Positions 36,701 to 42,714 of a stretch of DNA of 42,714 nt are shown here, piece by piece. Position 1 is the first letter of the stretch; every line of letters begins with the position of its first letter. The notes under the pieces were generated by a model. The model had not been told where the DNA came from. It did not search any database and saw nothing but the letters and a program-made list of their open reading frames with translations. The stretch covers positions 1-42,714 of the forward strand of contig ML992519.1 in the NCBI GenBank assembly GCA_010093995.1. The letters are read 5' to 3'. The translations under genes and the position numbers were made by a program. The stretch comes from Elsinoe ampelina (taxonomy: Eukaryota).

Positions 36701-37150
36701 CCTCCTTAGTAAAAACATTAAAACGAAACAACTAAGTAAGAAACTTAACTACACTAAACTAGAACTCTTTAAGATCCTAGAAAAGAAAAATAAGAACATA
36801 TATAAACTAGAACTACAAAGACATATAAGGATCTATCTAGTCTTTTATATATTACTACTAGAGAAAGTACTATAGAATACTATACCTAGACCTATCGAAC
36901 TAGATAAAGAAATATAAAAGCTATAGTATAAGATTAAAAGAGTTTTATATTATAAACTTATAAAAGGAAAATGCTACTATCTTATTTACTAGAAGGGACA
37001 TTAGTATAGTAAAGTAATATAGGAACTAGAGAAGCACCTTACCTTATAAGTAATCTTAGATTACTAGATTAAGAACCTATCCTAAGTAAACTAACTAGAT
37101 AGACCTAGTACTCTAAATACTAAACAAAAATAAGAACGCCTAAGAAAGAT
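33780..37150 (+). pseudogene. pol: Gypsy pol (protease, RT, RNase H, integrase, chromodomain), RIP-inactivated, in the -1 frame relative to gag
   Basis: De-RIPed IDSGA (~33909-33923), CIDYRKLN, YLDD (34887-34898), ETDASD, NYDIYDKELL, MDFI, VDRFTK, HPQTDGQTE, HPVFHISLLE, and chromodomain YLIHWKG....TWEP (~36930-37040). Confidence 0.88.
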
Positions 37151-37189
37151 TACTTAACTAATAAAAGCACCTTAATTGTTGCTAAGTAA

Positions 37190-37702
37190 GGAACTCTAAT
37201 TAGAGTTAGGCATAAATAATTACTAGTCCTATAGTAGAACGGGATTCACCGACAATAGTATTTCCTTCTACTCTAAGACTTAAATACGAGTCTCTTCTAG
37301 AGAGATTACTTTCTCTACCTTATCCTTTAACTTTTACATCTCTTCGCGTAGGTAAAGCTTATTACCTATAGCTCTTTAATAAGCTTCTTTTACCTTTTTA
37401 TAAGCTTCTTTAGCTTCCTTTCTAGTAGCCTTAGCCGTAACTAATTCCTTTTATAAATAAATATACTTAGACTAGAGATACTACTATTTTAATTTTGTTA
37501 CTTAAATATTATAACTTAAGTAGTTACTTATAATATACTAGCTATAAATACCTAACCGAATATAGACTTTATAGTCTAGCCCTTTCGACTTATAATAAGA
37601 GTAAGCTTATAGCATATTAGTTCTAAATAATTTAATAAACTCCGAGAGGTTCTTTTATATAGATATACTAGATTTACTATACCTTCGACGACTAGGAGGC
37701 AT
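37190..37702 (-). pseudogene. Antisense accessory ORF of the Gypsy element: Zn(II)2Cys6-like spacing followed by a coiled coil (RIP-inactivated)
   Basis: ATG at 37702 (MPPSRRR). TAY codons at C-x2-C-x6-C-x8-C-x2-C-x7-C spacing (37603-37511). Then K/E/A/R-rich helix KELVTAKATRKEAKEA...LREEM. The 3' end is approximate. Confidence 0.6.
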
Positions 37703-37776
37703 ATTTAGTATATAGTACATAAGGATAAGAAAGAATACTTACTCGTTAGAATAACTTAATTAAGAGAGGAGAGTAA

Positions 37777-38239
37777 TATTATAAACTAGTAGAATAGCTA
37801 AAGCGTAGAGACGTTAGGACTAATTAAACTACTAAGGTTATTACGTAACTTAGCTCGATATTTACCCGGTTCTCTATCTTCTCTAGTAGCTCTATCCTAG
37901 GGACTATAGAGTATATAGGTTACTAGCGGACGTATACTTTATATTGCCTCTAACTCTCGCTACGAAGTATATAGAGTATATAGAGTATATAGTAAAGAAC
38001 ATATATATATAGAAGTAGTTCTTACCTTATATAAGTACTATAGTTAACCTTGTCTAGATAGCGAACACTAGTATTACTAAGGCTAGCCTTTATAATACTA
38101 TCTAATTGTACTTTATTATCTATAAGATATACCTTCTTCGACTCTTACCTTAGTACTATACTACTATAGAAGTAGAACTACCTTGTTCTTAGCTTAGCTT
38201 AGACTACTAGTGTAGGCTATATTTAGACAGTTCGTGACA
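37777..38239 (+). repeat. Gypsy 3' LTR (463 bp)
   Basis: TATTATAAA (RIP-altered start)...TTCGTGACA; preceded by the PPT. Confidence 0.95.
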
Positions 38240-41063
38240 TAGTACTAGTACTCTAAGTAGTCTACTAGGTAGCGGAGGTAGTAGTAAGAAGAGAAATTCT
38301 CTATTAAGGTTACCTAGTACTTCTAATATTAATTATAATACTACTATAAGACTAATTACTTGTCTTAATACTCTTAGTAAGTAGCTATAAAGCATTAATA
38401 GTATAAGCTAATATTAATAGCCTAATTAACTTAGACTTTAACTTAATAGTTAGCCGATATAATCTAGAATACTCTCCTTAGGCTTAGGATAATTAATTAT
38501 TATAACTATACTAACTTATATTCTATCTAGAGGTCTATAGTAGTCTAGGCCTTTAGTACTTATAGTATATACCTAGTAGTTACTAATCCTATTCTAGTTA
38601 AGGATCTAACTAAGTAAGTTAACCTTACTAGATCTACTAACTACTCTACTGCTTTAATAGCTTCTAGTGCTACTAGTAGAGTAGTCTACTATAGCACTAA
38701 TTACTATACTAAGTATTAGAGATCTAACCCTAGTAATAATTAAAGTAAGAGTAAAGGTAGTAAGTTTAGTAAGTATATTACTTTACCTAGTTAGCTTAAT
38801 AAGGCCTATACTTACTATACTTATAGTAACTAATATACTAGATATTCCTTAGCTAACTATACTTTAACTCTAAGGCCTATTAGCTCTCCTAAACCTATAA
38901 GGACTCTAAGTAGCTTAAGGGTTATTACCTAGCCTATTCTATATAGCCTAATACACCTACTAATAGAGCTTCTAAGGTCTATCTCTTTTAGTAGTACTTT
39001 ACCTTAGAGGTTCTTACTAAGGGCTTATATGCTAGAGGCATTATTAGGTATAGTTAATACCTTAATAACTTATACTAACTCTTACTACTTTATAGTAGTT
39101 CCTATAAACTTTATAGATTCTACTAACCTAACTACTACTAAGGTTTATAACTTAGCTACTATAGTAATAAACTATATAGTAGAGCTTATAAGAATTATAG
39201 CTACTAGCTACTCTAGTTAGCTTTCTCCTATTTATGCCTTTATACTAGGCCTAGCACTAATAAGATATAGTAGGTCTAGATCTAACACTTCTATAAGGTC
39301 TACTAGTAGTAATAAGGGAAGAGGTTCTCCTTCTATAAAGAAGTAATTAGAGGTAAGGGATAGGTAAGAGTTATTAAAGGTAATAATAGTACTAAGTAGT
39401 AGATATAGCTTAGGTATAAGTAGCTAGTAATAGAGTTATAATAGCTTTTTCTTTCTCTCTTCTTAATAATAAAATAATTTGCTTTAAGCTTTAGATAAAT
39501 AAGATAGCTTAATAAGTAGTAGTAGTATAAATAACATACTTAAAATAATAATATATATAAAATCTAAATAAGTATATAGTATAAATATACACTAAGTAAT
39601 TAGCCTTTGCTAATTAATTAAGAATCTTATTAGGAGACTTAGGCTTTATAAGTGTATTAGCTAATTACTAAGTTATATTAATATACTTAAGCTTAATTAC
39701 TCTAAGCTTATACTACTCTCTATAGTAATAATTCTTTAAATTAATATACTTAGATCTTCTTAAATTAGTATAATCTCTTATAAGTTTAATAGCTAACTTA
39801 TTATTAACAAAGACTATAGTTAGGCTAAAGTAAATATTAGTAAGTAGCTTAAGTTTAATAATAAGATTTCTTAACTAATTAATCTCTCTATAGGTCTTAG
39901 TAAGGGTAAGGTATTTAGTCTTAGTACTTAATAATATAATAATCTTCTATAGCCTTAACTTCTAAATAACTAGTATACTAAGCATATAAATAATAGTACT
40001 AGATATAGATCTTATAGTTAATCTATCTCTAGTAAAGTCTAAGTTAGAGTAGGCCTTAATTATATTAACTAATAGTCTATTAGTCTTCTTAAAGGTAAGG
40101 CTCTTTATAATAGTCTTACTAATATACCTCTAGATCTACTTAGCTATAACTATATAAGCTATAGTTAGATTCTAAAGGAACTTAGCTAGGTAATTAGTAG
40201 CATAGCTAATATTAGGCCTTATATTATTAGCTAGATATTATAATTTACTAATAATCCTATTAAATGTCTTATAGTACTAAGTATTAACTTAGCTATTAGT
40301 TAGTTTATAGAGTTAATTAATAGAATACTTTATAGTTCTTACTTAGTAAAGATTATAACCTTTAAGCTTCTCCTTTAAGTAGTGTAATTACTTAATCTTA
40401 ATTAAGTTCTTAGTTCTATAAAGTTAAACACTAAGGAAGAGATTTAAGTTTATAATCTTTATTAGAAACTTAAGATAAAAATCTTTAACTAGCTTATCTA
40501 TATACTTCTACCTAGTAGTAATAATCCTAAAGTTATTAACATATATAAGAACTATATAATACTTGTTAATAAAGAGATAAGTATTACTATAGGATCTAAT
40601 AAAACTAAGTAATAGAAGTGCCTTAACTATAGCGTTATACTAGAGAGTAGTAGCTTACTTAAGCCTATATAAGCCCTTTATAAGAACAATAAGCTTGTCC
40701 TATTTACTAAGAATTAGTACGCCTTCTAGGTAGGAGATATAGTTCTTAATATTAATATCTAGTCTAAGAAATACAGTAACTACATCTACTATTATAATAA
40801 CCTAGTTATAATAAAGAGCATATACAAGAATTACTCTCCTAGTTTTAGCTCTTAGTATTAGTATAAAGGTTCTAACAAAGTTAATACTTACTCTTTAAGT
40901 AAAGCCCCTTATAGTCTAACGAGCCTTATATCTTTTAACTTTACTATTAGTAAGCTTCTTAGTCTTAAAGACCTATTTACCTATTATTAGCCTAATACCT
41001 CTTAGTGCCTAAGATTTCTTAATAATTAAAAAGGTTTTAGAGTTAGTTAGAGCCTTCTACTCT

Positions 41064-41313
41064 NNNNNNNNNNNNNNNNNNNNNNNNNNNNNNNNNNNNN
41101 NNNNNNNNNNNNNNNNNNNNNNNNNNNNNNNNNNNNNNNNNNNNNNNNNNNNNNNNNNNNNNNNNNNNNNNNNNNNNNNNNNNNNNNNNNNNNNNNNNNN
41201 NNNNNNNNNNNNNNNNNNNNNNNNNNNNNNNNNNNNNNNNNNNNNNNNNNNNNNNNNNNNNNNNNNNNNNNNNNNNNNNNNNNNNNNNNNNNNNNNNNNN
41301 NNNNNNNNNNNNN
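41064..41313. other. Assembly gap (250 N)
   Basis: Run of N between the Copia RT and integrase regions. Confidence 1.
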
Positions 41314-42714
41314 TAAGGGACCTTCTAATAGTTTCTTATAGTAAGAGAGATCTCTTCCTTTTACTAGTTAGAGGTTATATATTAAATAGTATAATAAGAA
41401 AGTTAACATTCTTATTCTATATATATATTAGTAGTTAATTAACATTAACTATAGAATTAAAGGTTAAATGTAGTTTACTAATAACTTTAGGTAGTAGTAT
41501 TATAAGGTCTTTACTTTTATAATTAGTAATGTTAAGTTACTCTTCTTATTTATTAATAGGTTAAGGATCTAGTTTAGAATATTAGTGTTACTCCTTCTAT
41601 TCTTTAATAGGGGTAGATAATTGTTATTTATATCTAGGGATAGAAGGGTAGTTAGATATTAGTTGTTTAACTTAAGGTTATTTAGCCTAAGTAGTTTATA
41701 GATTCTTATAACTAAAGGGTAGTTAATTATAGCTATAGCCTTAATTATAATTATTACTAAATATCTACTCCTTCTAAAGCTATAAAGCCTTAGGTTATTA
41801 TATCTATAAGATATATAGCTATTTAATAACTTATGTTACTTAGTCTTTATAGACTATATTCTTATTAAATGTTATATAGGGTAATATAATAATCTTTCTC
41901 TTCTAGGCTTACTAAGTATAATACTAATAGAGTATCTAGATAAGGTAATTAGTTATTAAGTTATTCTATATGCTAATATACTAACTAAGTAGTACTCTAG
42001 CTTAGAATTTATATAATTTAGAAACATGTTAGTTATAGATATAAGCTCTATAGCTAAAGCGTCTAATGTAAGTTAATAAGACTAGTCTATTATTATTAAG
42101 AAGATCCTTTCTTAGCTCTTATATAGGGATCTTCCTAGTTTTAGTATAGGTAATTCTATTACTAATATAGATTATAAACTCTATAACTATATACTAGAGT
42201 TTAAGAGGTACTTTATAATTAATAAAGATATATCTTATTCTAAGAATAACTACTTTATTAATAGCCTTAGATTTACTATTTTAGTATTAAGTATTAGGTA
42301 TAGAGATGTTCTATCTCTACCCTTTAAAATAAATAGCTATTACTAGTTTATAGTTCTTAAATTTACCTCCTCTATTAGAGATAAAGATAAATAAAAGCTT
42401 ATTATAGGCTATTTTATTCCTTATATAGATAAGTTTAATTACTACTAGTATATTACTCTTAAGAAAGAGAATAGTAATAAACTTATACTTACTTTTACTA
42501 TATATTATAAAGAGAAAGTATCTATAGCCCTTACTTAACTATAGTTTAATAGGACTAATAAGGTCTAGATAGAGTTTATCTAGTAAGTACTTTAGTATAT
42601 CTCTTAGTTCTCTTAATACTACCCTCTATGCCTTTAATATAGTATATAGTTTATAGTAGCTAAGATCTAATATTTAAAGTTCTTCTAATCTAATAGCTTA
42701 ACTTTTAGTAAGGG

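Larger units (their letters stand above)
31216..38239 (+). mobile_element. Full-length RIP-degraded Ty3/Gypsy chromovirus nested in the Copia element
   Basis: Paired 463-bp LTRs; TSD TAGTG (31211-31215) / TAGTA (38240-38244); PPT AAGAGAGGAGAG before 37777; gag followed by PR-RT-RH-IN-chromodomain. Confidence 0.95.
30662..42714 (-). mobile_element. RIP-degraded Ty1/Copia LTR retrotransposon, right copy (interrupted by a Gypsy insertion and an assembly gap; continues beyond the window end)
   Basis: De-RIPed minus-strand motifs in Copia order. Integrase: SDGGGEF (~42360-42383), QNGKSE. RT: RYKAR..RGF (~40900-40940), DVVT.FL (~40770-40790), KGLYGLKQA, YVDD (~40530-40545). RNase H: RSKHID, ADTLTKP (~39640-39760). 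PPT and 3' LTR at 30662-30813. Confidence 0.9.

Noticed and set aside
39029..39220. 63-aa ORF in the AT-rich block
   Set aside because: Stop-free stretch inside RIP-degraded Copia DNA with I/Y/T/N-biased composition typical of RIP; not a host gene.

Overview
Fungal (Pezizomycotina, probably Dothideomycete-like) genomic DNA. A ~29-kb GC-balanced island of intron-containing genes (1619-30661) is bracketed by two copies of the same RIP-degraded Ty1/Copia LTR retrotransposon in inverted orientation, each with its 142-bp 3' LTR facing the island. The right copy carries a complete nested, RIP-degraded Ty3/Gypsy chromovirus (31216-38239; 463-bp LTRs, 5-bp TSD) and a 250-N assembly gap. Island genes, in order: BIM1-like single-pass protein, methionine permease, GT71 mannosyltransferase, a four-gene FAD monooxygenase/SDR/sugar transporter/P450 block, glycine-zipper protein, EMW1/TTC27, GTT3-like membrane protein, GON7 and an ACS-family MFS transporter, plus degraded relics. 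Most interesting signals: (i) an antisense ORF with Zn(II)2Cys6-like spacing and a coiled coil inside the Gypsy element, visible only after undoing RIP; (ii) a palindrome TGGTAGTTA-N13-TAACTACCA in diverged direct repeats on both sides of the ACS transporter; (iii) two ATCTGATAA (SreA-type) boxes upstream of the BIM1-like gene; (iv) the inverted-Copia architecture. Gene models and splice sites were derived by eye, and family assignments come from motif recognition, not database searches.
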